Source of the DNA: Lophium mytilinum
Lineage: Eukaryota
Direction of reading: 5' to 3'
DNA: 64,000 nt
Assembly (NCBI GenBank): GCA_010093605.1
Contig: MU004201.1
Coordinates: 62,001-126,000 of the forward strand
The notes beneath the pieces are model-generated. The model was not told where the DNA came from. It saw nothing but the letters and a program-made list of their open reading frames with translations, and did no database searches. The stretch's first letter is position 1; each line of letters starts with the position of its first letter. Of the stretch, positions 51,301 through 64,000 are shown piece after piece. The position numbers and the translations under genes are program-made.

Positions 51301-54300
51301 CTCCTTGACCAACTTTATAGTAAGGGCATGAAACAGCAATATAATAAAAAGACGTCTAACTTTCTACAACGTCTTGACGTTGTTCTTAATGGGCTTAAGT
51401 ACGGCAAAATTAATAATAGCATTGCGACTTAATACCGTTACCTTAAGGAAACACTACGCACGGATCTCGCCGAACATATTAACTTTAGTCTATTAACCTA
51501 GCACTAGGTAAAAGATAATGTCCTATACAAGAACTATTACTGCATTTAACGCGAAAAATGAGCTAATAAAGAGCTCCTTGCTGCATAGATCTTAGTACGC
51601 CGCTTAAATAACGCATACGCACAGGACGGCCGTCGTAATGTAAACCGCGTCCGACGCGAGCAGTCCACTACTAAGACTAATAACTGTATTACAGTTAAGA
51701 AGACTACTATAGTTCTATTGCTAAGTATTCTACTATATATTTATATACGCCTAAGTAAGGAAGGACGTTGCTTCGGCTGCTTTAAAGAGAATTACTGCGC
51801 TGGCGACCCCAAATACACTATAGCTGGAAAGACTATATTAGAGGCTTAGCGCGATAAGTACCTTGCTGCCGCTGGCATTAATAGTATAGAACTTAACGCG
51901 CGTTTAACTATAGTAGTAATTAGGAGTGCTAGTATAAGTATAAATATAAGAACAACTAAGACTAAGATAATAACAATAAAGCCGTCTATTCTAATAAGTC
52001 GGAAAACGCTTAATCTCTAACGAAAGTTGTTGTTAGAGATAGTTAGAAGACACGCTAGCTTAAGCTCTCGCATATATTTAAGAACTTGAGCTACCTCCTC
52101 TAAAACTACCTAATATTAAGCTCTCCGCATACGCTATTAGTCTTACTTCTCTCTCTAGCAAGCAAATGGACTTTAACTGTAAGATTATTACTTTAACCGG
52201 AACGGTTATATTAACTGTCCTTATAGACTCTAGATGCGGCGGCTTTGCATTTATTTCCACAAGCTTTGCAAAACAGCATAAGCTTAATGTCTATAAAGCC
52301 ACTCCGCGCAACAATAAACTACTAAACGGTTCTACATTAGTTATTAATAAGGCAGCTAAAGTTACTATATAGATCGAGGGCCACTATAATAAGCTCTAGG
52401 CTCTAATCTACGACCTTAAGGGCTACAATATTATTTTAGGCATAGGCTGGCTTGTAACACACAACGCCTATATAAAGTTTGGCACCTAAATAATGCAGCT
52501 AGATTTAGACTACTACTGTTCTTAATATCTAGTTAATTATAAACTAGTCTATGTCTAGTCTAAAGACCCCGTCGCCCGCACTAGTAAGCGCCTATTTCAG
52601 TAGAAACTTAATGCTTAGCTTGCTGCTTTTAAAGCACTTAATATTAATATAGTATCTAGCAATAAGTGTTTATATAACTTCTAGTAGTTACTAGAGGAAG
52701 ACACCATCTACATGTAGCCTAAGCATTTTGAGCTGGCACTTGCAGATAAGAAAGCGGAGGCTTAGGCGCGCGCTAATAGACGCCTATATAAATCTAGCAA
52801 TGTTATCTTAGGTCTAGCTAATTTTACTAATAACCTAGTAGCTATTAGTCTTTGCGCAATGTTAAAAGACGACCAACGGAAGTTCTTTAAAAAGATGGAG
52901 CGCAAGCTAATAACCTGTAATAAACTCAAAGCATTAGTACCTATAGAATATTATAGCTTCTTTAATATATAGAGCCTAAAGGAAGCTAATAAGCTACTAC
53001 CGCGTTGCAAAGTAAAAGACGGTATAGATATTAACTACTATATTAATATTAAACTAGGAATAAAGGCACTAGCCTATAAAGTCTATAGACTCTTACAAGA
53101 CGAGACACTAGTTGTTAAAACGTTTATTGATAAGATGTACAGCAAAGGCTATATTATAAAAAGCAATAGTTAGTATGCCGCTCTAGTTATTATTATTTGT
53201 AAACCTAGAGGAGGTCTTTACATCTATATTAACTACTGTAGACTTAATGCGGTTACTATTAGAGCCCGCAATATACCTCCCGCTACAAAGAACACCCTCG
53301 CACTTCTAAAGCACGCTCGATACTATATAAAATTTAACATTAACGCGGCTTTTAACGCTATTAGAATGGGAGAGGGCGATAAAAAGTATACGGCGTTCCT
53401 TACAAGATATAGTCTATTTAAATTTACTGTCCTGCCCTTTGGCCTGTGCAACGCCCTAGCAACCTTCTAGGCCTTTATTAATAATATACTGTTAGAGTAC
53501 CTTAATAACTTCTATATAGCCTACCTTAATAATATTCTTATCTTTAGTGAAACGCTTAAAGAGCATATTATTTACGTTAAGAAGGTCCTCTAACGACTTT
53601 GCAAAGCCGGCCTCTTTCTAGACATTATAAAATGCGAATTCTATAAGTAGAAAGTAAAGTACCTACGTGTTATTATTAGCGTCGACGGCCCAAAACATAG
53701 TTAAAAACCACGGCGTTAAGCTAGAGCTCTATAATTATATAATCCACAATAGCCTTATCTTTATTTAAAAGGATTATCTATATATTCTAGCTAAGAAGAA
53801 ACTCTGCTCAGCCATTATTAAGAGCCTTTATAAGCCCCCTCTAGTCGGCCACGGAGGAATAATGTCTACGTATAACTGCGTGTCTATGTACTACTTTTAG
53901 CTATATATAACATCTAACGTCGATTGTTATATTAAAGCCTGTTAGCCGTGCAATTAAATTAAACACGCGCGTGACGCAAAATAAGGCTTTCTTAAACTAC
54001 TGCTAATTCCTAAGTGATATTAGACTAATCTTACAGTTAACTTTATTAGGCCCCTACCTAAATGCATGCAATTTGGACGAGACTACTGATATATTATAGT
54101 AGTTGTTAATAGGCTTTCTAAAATGCGCAAGTTTATTCTAATAGTAATAATAGACGCTAAGGAAGTAGCTTAGGCCTTCCTAGAATAGGTCTAGCGCACT
54201 AAAGGATACCTAGAATCTCTTATATCCGATCGCGGATTATAATTTATATTAACTCTCTAGTCCCGCCTATGCAAGCGCTTTGGAATAAAGCTAAAGCTTT

Positions 54301-54844
54301 CTACTACCTTCCACCCTAAGATAGATAGATAGACGGAAATTATAAATATAGGCCTAAAGCAGTACTTTAGAGCATACATTAACTACTAGCAGGATAACTA
54401 GTGTAACTTCCTCGCTGTTACTAAGTTTAAGGCTAACTTAGTAAAGAATACCTTTATAGGAGTAGCGCCCTTTATAGCTACTAAGGGCTATATTTCTAGT
54501 ACGGGCACCGCGCCAGCCGCGCAATTACCTAAGGACGCGAACGCAAACGCGAACACGCCGACGGTTCGTCTTATGAAACTTGCAGATAAATTCGTTACTA
54601 GAATAGATAAGTTGCGCGCGTTTCTCCGCACGGAAATTAAATAGGCCTAAGCTAAGCAAAAAGAATACGCTAATGCAGGATAATAACTAGCTTATACATA
54701 TTATCTAGGTAACTAAGTTATACTTAATAGACAGTTTATTAAAATAAACCGCCTAAATAGGAAACCTAACTTTAAAAAGCTCGGCCCCTTTAAGATTCTA
54801 GAAAGCTACAAAAACGGCAGCGCATATAAGCTTAAGCTACCGTA
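48378..54844 (+). mobile_element. Ty3/Gypsy retrotransposon D, RNase H region deleted, 3' part cut by the second large DNA transposon
   Basis: Starts TGTTATAGCC; gag with zinc-knuckle remnant (GRCFGCF ~51765), protease VLIDS (~52220), RT (LPFGLCNA ~53435), integrase (SDRGL.F ~54230), ends in GPFKIL..AYKLKLP. Confidence 0.88.
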
Positions 54845-55249
54845 CCGCAATTAGGGGGTAAGCGACGGGGAACTTCGGGCGGACTTGCATATATCTAAGT
54901 TAATAATAAAGCTTCCTAACTAGTATTATTGCAACGCGGAATGCAGATAAAGTATTTTTAATGTAAAGATAATCTTAGACAATTAGGCGTAGACTCGTAA
55001 AGTGCTAAGCTTAAAGAGACGCGTTGCTAATAATACTCTTAACGCGGGGAAAATCTTGCGCTCAAGTATGTCTTAAGTATTTCTCGATGCTAAGATTTAC
55101 CCCAATAAAAAACTTCTTTATGTTTTCTTTAAACACGCGATTTTCTTGAACCTTAGATTACCTTATAAAATAAAAGTAATACTAAGCGCAAGATTTACAT
55201 TTGAAAAAAGTAGCTTGTAGTTAAGGAGTTTTTAATTTATTAAAGGATG

Positions 55250-56750
55250 CTTAAGATTGTCTATAGGTTTTCCCTGGTCACACTTAAGTACCCGAGAAGT
55301 TACCCTTAAGAACAACGCCTTAACCCAAGTAGTCCCTTAGTATTAGGTAGAATACGCGCACTACAGCTTAGGTTATTGTATAATAATTATCTAGATTTAT
55401 ATAATTATAAGGCCACTATATACACTGCGCAATCCCCGGTTCTATTCTTATGCGCCTGCATATACTTCTCGCCTAGTCCCTAATGTTGGAATTATATACT
55501 TTTAAAAGCGCCTATCCCAGAATCCAATATCTACCTAGAGTCCTAATAGCCAGGTGGCTTCCTCGCCATGTCTTGTTGTCTAAACTGGGTATAGACATCT
55601 AACGAGCGCCCGCTATTCCGCAGCGTGACTGTAGCTGGCTAAGTACTTAGGTGGATAATGTCTAATCGGAAGAGTCTCTAGCTGGGATATTAGTATGCTG
55701 TAGACTATTGTAGAAGAAGTAGTTTATGGTTAGCAAAGTAGGAATCTAGGATAAGATTAACGTACCGCTAAGTATACAGCGCGACTCCCACTACAGGTCG
55801 TGCCTTGTATTGCAACAAATTCCTAACTAATAGTATCCCTAAGCTCTGCGTTCTCTCCATGTTCGTCCGTTAAGTTGCACGCGCGAAGGAGAAGAGTAGG
55901 CGAAGAAAGAGGGCGGGCGAAGGAGCGGAGAGCGTAGAGTTGCTAGTAGAGATTAATGGAGTTTAATCGGTATTGCGTTAGCTATAGTATATAAGAAGGG
56001 GCCTTAGTTTTAACTTACTACTTAGGTATAAGAAGTCTAATAATAGGAGGCGTCTCTTACTGCTAGACTATCGGCGACTAATACTCTCCTTACTTAGAAT
56101 TAGCTATATAAGGAATCTGCTTTCTAGCAAGAGGGGAGTTCCCTACTAACGTTCCTAACCATCCTCTTACTGTGTCTTACCAACCTAGCGTAGTTATAGC
56201 TAATGGGCCTGGTTTAGTTCTAGACGTAGAATGCTCGCGTTTTTATTATGTCGGCCTAGCACGTTCTTGTTAGCGGTTTTAGAACTAGGTGGAGGTGTTT
56301 ATAACATTCCTATAAGCCTCTAGCTGTAGCGAGGCTGCGGCATAGTAGTAATAGGGTAACCTGTTTATTATAGGCATTTCTATATATATTAGTAGCTAGA
56401 GTATCGGCGCCTACAGCATATACCTAAGTAATAGAAGGCGGGCTAAAACGCAACACTAGAAACTAACGCTCTAAACTATGTTAAAAGTTAGTTAGGCTGG
56501 CACTAGTAGATTAGCCTTGCGGCTGAAATGAATTAGTAAACGTACTAATATAAATTGGGAGGAGAACGGGCGCGTTTAAGTGCATATAGTGTTTTAAGAA
56601 TAAGAAATAAATAAGAGCGTAAATCTGAAACGGGTTTAGTACCTATAGCAGAATTGGAGCCACTCTAAAAAGATGCCGTGATGGATGCCCTGACGAATGC
56701 CGTAAGAGTCCTGCCTAAGAATTAGCAAAATTCCAATAAATAGGCCATAA
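55250..56750 (-). pseudogene. Intron-containing accessory gene of unknown function in the second DNA transposon (bounds approximate)
   Basis: Minus-strand GTACGT..GCTAAC introns at ~55725-55765 and ~56485-56545 separating coding-like segments. Confidence 0.4.
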
Positions 56751-58366
56751 TAGCCCTTTTTAAGAGGTAGTTTAACTTTAAAAAGAAACTCTATAAAAAT
56801 AATTTAGCGGAAACATTCTATCCTAAGATGTTAGTAGGCTTCTACGTAAGAAGAGATTAATTTTGGTACCTTAGTAAAAGTAGTGCAATTCTAAAAAAAT
56901 GCTTTAAAAACAGCCCCTAAAGGTTTCTAATTTTTTAGTATAGAGTAAAGGTGGGCGGCTTTAGGGAACTTGTTAAAAATGTTGCTTTTTTCGTCTAGGG
57001 GAAGGCCGGCGTTCTGTGACTATTTGCAATATGTTGAAAAAATTATTTCTAAGGCCGGCCCTATCGCTATTAATGCAGGGGCAGGCAGGGTTAGGTAGAG
57101 ACTCGCCGAAGGTGGGAACCATTTAGGTGGGCCATGTGTTGGATAGGTTGAGGTAAGATATAGCACTAATTAGTACCTGTCTAGCCTTTTATCTTACTTG
57201 TATCCCTAAAGACGAGGAGTAGATCTCCACTTTAAAACATATCTCTGTCCAGGTAAGGTGTGGCCGTAGGTCTGTGGGAGGGTGCTTAAGGTATAGGTAT
57301 AAAAGCATTATATTTAAGCTATCTCTACTTAGGTGTATTCCCTACCCCGCTCTCTATAGAAGTTCCCGTATACACGTAATCTATATATAAATATTTTACA
57401 ACTATCCTACAATATTATATAGTACTTCTTAGGATTATCCTTAATTAATCCTAAGATCCTATATAGTAATTTCTAGAATTAATCCCCGACCTATATAATA
57501 CATTCTATAATATTACATAGTAAATTTTAGAATTAATCCTAAGATTCTATATACTATTTTATGGGATTTTAATAGGGTGCAGTTTCTATAGAATAATACA
57601 GAGCAGTCACGTAACTATAGCCCTATACCTAAGGCATTTTTTAATATATTAGTTTCTAAAGGTCTCTCCCGGGTATTGCATTTACTATATATCTATAACC
57701 CTATGGCGCTCTACCCCCAAGTAAACAGCATCTAGCGTAGTTACTACTTAGATAGCTTATATCTCTTAGGAGCACTTTAACCGCGTTTACTCGGCGTCTA
57801 AAGTTGCAGGCACTTATCGCACTTTAGTTTCCTTAGATAAATATACTAGTTAAGGCTTTAGACTATATAGACTTAAAAAACGTCCTAGAGATAGATTGCT
57901 AACGCTTACTCCTCGCTCTATACTCTGTAGCATTCCTATAGTACCTAGTAGCGGCAGTAAAACCCCTAAGCAGAAGACATCCCCGTTCGCGCAAGGAGTC
58001 TAAGAGTAAAACCCCTAATGTAAAACCCCCTGGAGCAGAACCGCCTAGAGTAAAACCTTCTAGAGTAGAAGCCTCCGCATATAAGCTGCCGTATACCTGG
58101 CTATCTAGCCTAGGAATCCATATTTGAAAATTAGATATAGGGCTAAAACCTAAGTTAAGGCGGGCTAATAGGCGGCGCAACTTTCAAGCGCAAAACTATG
58201 GTGTCGTGATTCTAAGCGTCGGCTATAAGATTAGGTATTGCAAGTATACTTAGAGATGCATATAATTAAGAAGTAGGTTGTATTAGAACGCTTATAGAAG
58301 AGCTATATAAGAAGTTAAGTACTAGTAAGAAGGGGTATAGGTAGATGCAGCACTTGCAAACTAATA

Positions 58367-61300
58367 CTAGAAGAACTGCAGACTGTCCCACGGATAGAAG
58401 ATAATCACGCCGTTATTATATAATAGAGAAATAAAAAGTCGCTTCGCTTCTACTACCGGTAGCCCAATAATGCTCTGCTGGAGTGGATTTAGCAAAGAAA
58501 GAAGGGGTAAGTTAAGGATATAATTACGCTTAACTACTTGTTCCACCAACTACGTTATAAGTAAGAATATCCTATCTTAACCCCGGAGCTCGTGAGCAAA
58601 GATGCCGTTGATTTTGCCTAGCTTCCTCTCTCTGCCGACGGTATAATTTCCTAGTACAAGGTTAATTCGCTTCTCGGACGCCCTATGCATATAGAGTTAG
58701 TTTTAGAATAACTAGTAAAGAAAGATATATAGAGAAGCACTTATAGATCTATAAATGCTAATCTCTTAAACTACTAAAGATTGTACTAACTAAGTTTAAA
58801 TAAATTGTAAATTCTATATTTAATAGAGTACGCCTAGTAAGGAATTACTAAGAAAGGATTAGATGGATTAGCTTTCCTTAGGTCTGATATCCGTCCACCG
58901 TCCTTAGCGAGTTGAGCGCGGTCGATTCGGTGGTGAAGAAATGGGCTTAGATGCCACTAGTTAGCACGCATTCTTCCTTTAGACTATGTTGCTTCTAGAT
59001 TCTTTTTCTAAGTAAAACCTAGCTATTTAGATCGTGGTAGTATAGAGTTAAATAGGTCTGGATATATTCTATAAAGTTCCTGAACTATTCTAGTGCGGCT
59101 AGAATACTCCGCCTTAAATAAGCCGGCGAGAGTAAGCCTAGTAGTAAGGCAAAAATTCTTATAGATAAGTAGACCCTTAGAGCAGTTGCGCTTATTAGTT
59201 TAGTATACTATAGCCTTAAATTTGCCATGTTCGTCCTCGCCAGCAAAAGTTGTAATATTCGCCGGCACAGCAAAGTTGTAAGTAACTGCGTTATAGTGCA
59301 GCCTAGTATATTAATTTAGGCAACTACAAAACGCTAGCAGTGCCTTTGCTCGTGCCTTAGGATTCTTCTTCTTTAAATGTATTTTGGAGAGGTTGTTGTC
59401 TGGATTAAGAGGGGTAGAGGCCTTACTTTCTATATTGCTGTCGTCCTGAGACGATAATGCCTGTAAGGAGGCTATAGATACAGCTTATCCCCTTCCTTAC
59501 CCTCGGCCTTGCTAACTAGCCTTAGTTAGTTCGCTTATAATATTAGGGTATACGCTCTTTGCGGCGCATTTAAAGAGGCGTTGCTACGATTCTTGGCCTT
59601 TATAGATTGCGCGATTAATTTATGCCATATTAGAAGCGTGTATAGAAGGAGATAGTATTAAGGTAGAGCTTTAAGCCATCTAAGCGTACGCCTGTATAAT
59701 TGCGTTGCAGACCAAAAGATTTGCTAAGAGTGTAAAGGTAGAAGAGATAGCTATCTAGAAGTTATGCTTGATTCACTTTAGCCTTAGCTATTAGTAAAGG
59801 ATAAGGGGTGTAATAATAGATATACGCGCACACTCGCCCATTTAATAAGACTTAAGATGCTTTAAGGGTGATTAAAGACGGGACTAGCTAGTAGGGAGTT
59901 GTTAGAGTTGAAGCTGCCTAGTATATTCTTCCTTGCTATTCTTCGTAAGTATACACTTAAAGAGGAGAGACTGGGCCTATTTCGCAAGGCCAGTATATTT
60001 AGAATGTGCGGAATCTAAAGGTTGAGATTCAACAATATTAAGCGCTAGGGCTATCTAGCAGACTGCGGGTGCTGTATCTATAAAGCCTAATCCTTTATAG
60101 AGTTTCTCTCTTACTACTTATAAATGGACTCTTTTAATCTACTCTCTCAGCTAATAGTTTAATGGTGATACCGGCCGAATTAGATAATATTAAACTTAAG
60201 ATTATGCTGTTTATCTTTGTGTATAAGACACGAACTATAGAAATAGTTCGCCGTCGGCCCATGGATGCCCCGGTTCTTATTCTGCTTAGCTATATCTGTA
60301 GTAAAAACTATAGTAAAGGCATATAGAAATATACGCTGGCCGGTAATAGTAGTATATATGCCTTTATCTAGGCGCCGAAGATAATAGAGTGTGCCAATAA
60401 TATCTTCGTGCAATGCCCTAAAAGGGCCTAAAGTGATAGGGAGAATATTGGCATTTCTGGTTTACTTATAGGCGGGGAGACTAGTAAGTATCTAGTATAT
60501 GCTAAATATAGCTCTATGCATATTACAATACAGGCCAAATTCATCTATATATGTAATAAGAGGAAGGGATATTATTTAGCCACTAATAAACAACGATATA
60601 ATAAAATGCCGCCCGAAATGGGCGATCTCCAGCTTAGCAGGAATAGGGGGAGATAGGCTTAGGGGTCGTAGAGTGCTATCCGAGCATATTAGATTTCAAA
60701 CCATAAAGGATGTATTAGTACGGATTTAAGCGGGTAGATATATAATTCCTTTAATTTTAGGTGCTATATACCGGTAGTCTAAATAAATAGATAGTTCCTA
60801 GCTAATAATAGACACTTTAGGAATAAACTCCCCTTGCCTAAGAATAATAAAGAGTTCCTAAGATTGGATAGGAGTAATAACACTAAATACAAGGTCGGCG
60901 TGGTCCTCTGTAAGTTTAGATTGTTAAAGGGCCCGACAGATTATAAGCCTTACTAGGCTAGGTTTATCTAAAGTACTTTAAAAGTCCCGACTAATATAAT
61001 ATACTCGCCTAAGATGTTGCTGCAGATCCTAGTGGCAGCCACACTCGCTATTAGGGCATCTGTAATAGATAAAGTCTAAAGGTAGAATAGGTAAGCCATC
61101 TAGGTACCTCGCAAATTCCCTAGACGTGCTGCGTGCCGACGCACCCTATGCCGTAGAGTAGTAGCATTCTAAAGGGGCATCTATAAACTGCATAAATCCC
61201 TAGTAGACCTTCCTCCTTAGCTAATTAGATGCTATAAACTTTATTAGCATGTCCTCTATATTAAAGAAGACTATATCCTTAGACGGAGTCTTACTAGTTA

Positions 61301-62072
61301 GTAGCTAGAGCCTATCTAGCTTTAGGGTTTAGTGTCTCATGCAAATAAGGGGGAGTTATGACCTGGCTCAATCGCGGAGTTGCTCGATGCGAGCTGGGAG
61401 AGTATAGAGGGGGTTAAGGTTATAGAGACCTAGGATAAGTATTTAAAAGGTAGTATAGTACTTCTATAATAAGCTAATAGAGTTAAAGAGTAGGTATAGG
61501 GCGAAGTAGAAGAGATCTATATCCCCGCTCTTAATGTTGTATAGAAGTTCTCGCGATGCGTTAACTGCAGTAAATAAAGGGGGTATAGGAGGAGGAGGCA
61601 TAAGAGGAGGAGGAGGAAGCATACCTGCAGCAGTCGCTGCAGCAGGTATTTCGTTAGTATTAAGAGCATCTTTGGCCTCTAATGCCTCATCGGAAGCGGG
61701 GCTAGAGTTGGAGTCCTTATAATTAGAGATAAGTTTAGGGTGCATTATTTCTCTCTCTAACCGCTGGCTACTATTGTCTATGTTACTTGTAAGGTTAATA
61801 TCGGTAATAATAGCCTTTAGGCGTTTATTTAAATCCCCGCCTTGTAGCCCAGGTTCCTCCTTATATGCCGGCAGGTCCCCAGCCTTATTATCTTAGTCTC
61901 CTCCTGGGCTGCCGATCTAAGATTCTATTTGTTGTCTGCGCGTTCGTTCTTCCGCGCGGGCTTGTAAGTTGCGGTTAGTAGGAGGGAGGGTTCTATAGGG
62001 GCGCGACTGCAATACTTAAGGCTAAGAAGGTTTAGATATAGGACTCTAAAGAGGGCGCTTTTATCGGGGCAT
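58367..62072 (-). pseudogene. RIPed DDE transposase homologous to 33201-36981
   Basis: Starts MPR(Q)KRPL. Motifs TYIDEFGLY.N, FTTDIAKQ...G..GPTANYF(C)..C and (RP)N.(H)T(G)LH....FAVPANITTFAGEDEHGKFK; ends WDSLQFF*. Confidence 0.75.
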
Positions 62073-62390
62073 TGATAAACTAAGCAAGGCAGGATTTAGC
62101 TTTAGCATAATTGTTCTTAATAAGAGGGATTAGTATAAAGAGTAGAATTCTTTACGGCGAAGAGTACTTACGAGAGGCTAGTATATGGGCAGCTGCTAAG
62201 GCTATAGTATTTAGTGATAGAGTAAACACGCAAACGCGTCTTAGTGTTTAGCGGGGTCTTTAGAGCGGGGACTTAGCATTACATATATAATGCTAAAAAT
62301 TTACAATATTAATTTAGAGTCTTAAAAAAATATCTTTTTACTAAGGTCCTAATATAGAGCGCTTAAATATAATGTTTTTAAAATGCTCTA

Positions 62391-62770
62391 ATCTAAAGTG
62401 CCTAGAAATTAGATAGCTATAATAGCATGATCTAAAGTGCCTAGAAATTAGATAGCTATAACAGCCTGATCTAAAGTGCCTAGAAATTGGATAGCTATAA
62501 CGACCTAATTTAGAGTGTCTAGAAATTAGATAGCTATAACGACCTAATTTAGAGTATCTGGAAATTGGATAGCTACAATGACCTGATTTAAAGTGGTTGG
62601 AAATTAGATAGCTATAACAACCTAATTTGAAGTAGTTGGAAATTTAATAGCCCAAACAACCTAATTGAAAGTGGTTGGAATTTATATAGCAAAAAGAGTC
62701 TAATTTAAAGTAGTTATAAATTGTATAGCGAGCATAGGCTAATTTAGGGGGTGTAGAAATTATATAGGGA
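62391..62770. repeat. 39-bp tandem array, about 10 copies (ATCTAAAGTGCCTAGAAATTAGATAGCTATAACAGCCTG)
   Basis: Head-to-tail units with no spacers, diverging progressively from left to right. Confidence 0.92.
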
Positions 62771-63349
62771 AAAAGTTCTAAAAACGCGCTGCCTGTAAAT
62801 TAAAGGTCTAAGATTATATTAGATAGAAGGTTACTTAGATATATAGGGATATATTTATGTAACATATATTTAATATAACTTTAGATGTTTTATACTATCT
62901 TATCCTACTCTACTTAACTTTTTACCTACTCTAATCCCCACCCTAGGGGGTTTTATCTTAAGTAACCTTATGTGTTCCTGTCTTAGATTATATAAGCTTA
63001 TCGCTTAAGAAGTGGCCGGAAGTCTCTGTTATGTAAGTATTATGTAACATCGCCTTACCGTCTTAACTATGTTCCCAAGTATAATGCTAACTATAATCTC
63101 TACTACCTAGGTATGCTAAGATATATATAATATGTTATAGCAATATTAGCTATATCCTAGAAATATTCCCTAAATCGGGACCATTTTCAAAATAAATGTA
63201 AGGTTCCTTCGGAAGGTTCCGTATTATCTAACCCCGCTTATTCCTAATTGCCTACTCTAGATCCCGACCCCTAACTTACTAACTACCTCTCTACTATTAA
63301 GCATTACAACTTATCTTCTATCTTAACCTATTCTGCTACTATTAGACAG

Positions 63350-64000
63350 CCTATTGTATAGGCTAGCCAGTAAGGCGGCTTACGCGTCTCTTGCCTTAAT
63401 TACTTTACTTTTAGCGCCTGTTGCCGCTTACTACGCCTTCTATAATTGCTTCTATCGTGAATGGCGAGGCATCTACTTCTCCTTAGCCTCCCGCGTCTCT
63501 ATCTAAGCGCAAGGGCGATAGTATATTACTGCTTATAAGAATCTAACTTCGACATTTAAAGAACTCTACTAACTCTTCTAGCCCTTGCCTAAGAGGTCTA
63601 CCCGGGCTAAATCGGCGCCTAAGACTACTAAAGCTCCTAAAGCTCCTAAGGCCCCTAAGGCTCTGAAGGCTCTAAAGGCCCCTAAGACTCCTAAGGGCCC
63701 GAAGACCCCGAAGCAAAGCCTTACAATAATAACTTCTAAGTCCTTAAAGGCGGTGTCGCCCTCTAAACCTAGCACCGTAGATCCTAAATTATAAACTATT
63801 GCGGGGGGTTTAACTAGAGAAAGCTTAGTCGATGGGCAGTCTCCCCTAGCTAAGTAGGTTCCGATGGATCCGGTCTTGCACGCGTCTGCCACGACGTTAG
63901 GTGCCACGGATCTAAATAGGGATGCTAGTGCGGATAGTAATAATTACAGCGAAGATAAAGAGAACAACGTCGAGAATAAGGAGGATAATAAGGGAGAGAG
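63350..64000 (+). pseudogene. Start of a divergent accessory gene with Lys/Pro-rich (KAP)n repeats followed by an acidic stretch (start approximate)
   Basis: PKRSTRAKSAPKTTKAPKAPKAPKALKALKAPKTPKGPKTPK, then D/E-rich codons; positionally equivalent to 38439-39728. Confidence 0.45.

Larger units (their letters stand above)
1..64000. other. RIP-mutated, transposon-rich compartment of a filamentous ascomycete
   Basis: Pervasive TpA excess and CpA/TpG depletion; recognisable RT, integrase and transposase motifs broken by TAA/TAG at Q/W/R codons; repeat copies differ mostly by C>T and G>A; fungal GT..CTAAC..AG introns. Confidence 0.93.
54845..64000. mobile_element. Second large multi-gene CMC/EnSpm/Plavaka-like DNA transposon (>9.1 kb; right end outside the window)
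   Basis: Gypsy D pol stops at TA|CCGCAATTAGGGGG, the same TA|CCG junction as at 30043. Contains a homologous transposase and the same gene layout: accessory(-), transposase(-), divergent gene(+). Confidence 0.75.

Noticed and set aside
62391..62770. CRISPR-like array
   Set aside because: Units are contiguous with no unique spacers, the context is eukaryotic, and there are no cas genes.

Overview
Repeat-dominated, AT-rich region of a filamentous ascomycete genome. It carries a strong repeat-induced point mutation (RIP) signature: TpA excess and TAA/TAG where Gln/Trp/Arg codons are expected. Only two apparently intact intron-containing host genes are visible: a small 9-Cys CXC/CRC-domain gene (427-1118) and a PTH11-like membrane protein gene (19652-20812). 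The rest is nested, RIP-killed mobile DNA whose boundaries can often be read from target-site duplications (TSDs). (i) Two nested copies of a ~1.4 kb SINE-like retroelement with a structured, pseudoknotted 5' leader, an unknown ~350-codon ORF and an A/TAA tail; the inner copy is interrupted by a 5'-truncated Tad1-like LINE. (ii) Four Ty3/Gypsy elements, solo LTRs and a Tc1/mariner remnant. (iii) Two large multi-gene DNA transposons with CMC/EnSpm- or Plavaka-like DDE transposases: one complete 11.1 kb copy with ~70 bp imperfect TIRs and a TA duplication, and one >9 kb copy running off the window end. All translations, alignments and RNA pairings were done by eye; letters in parentheses are my reversals of presumed RIP changes.
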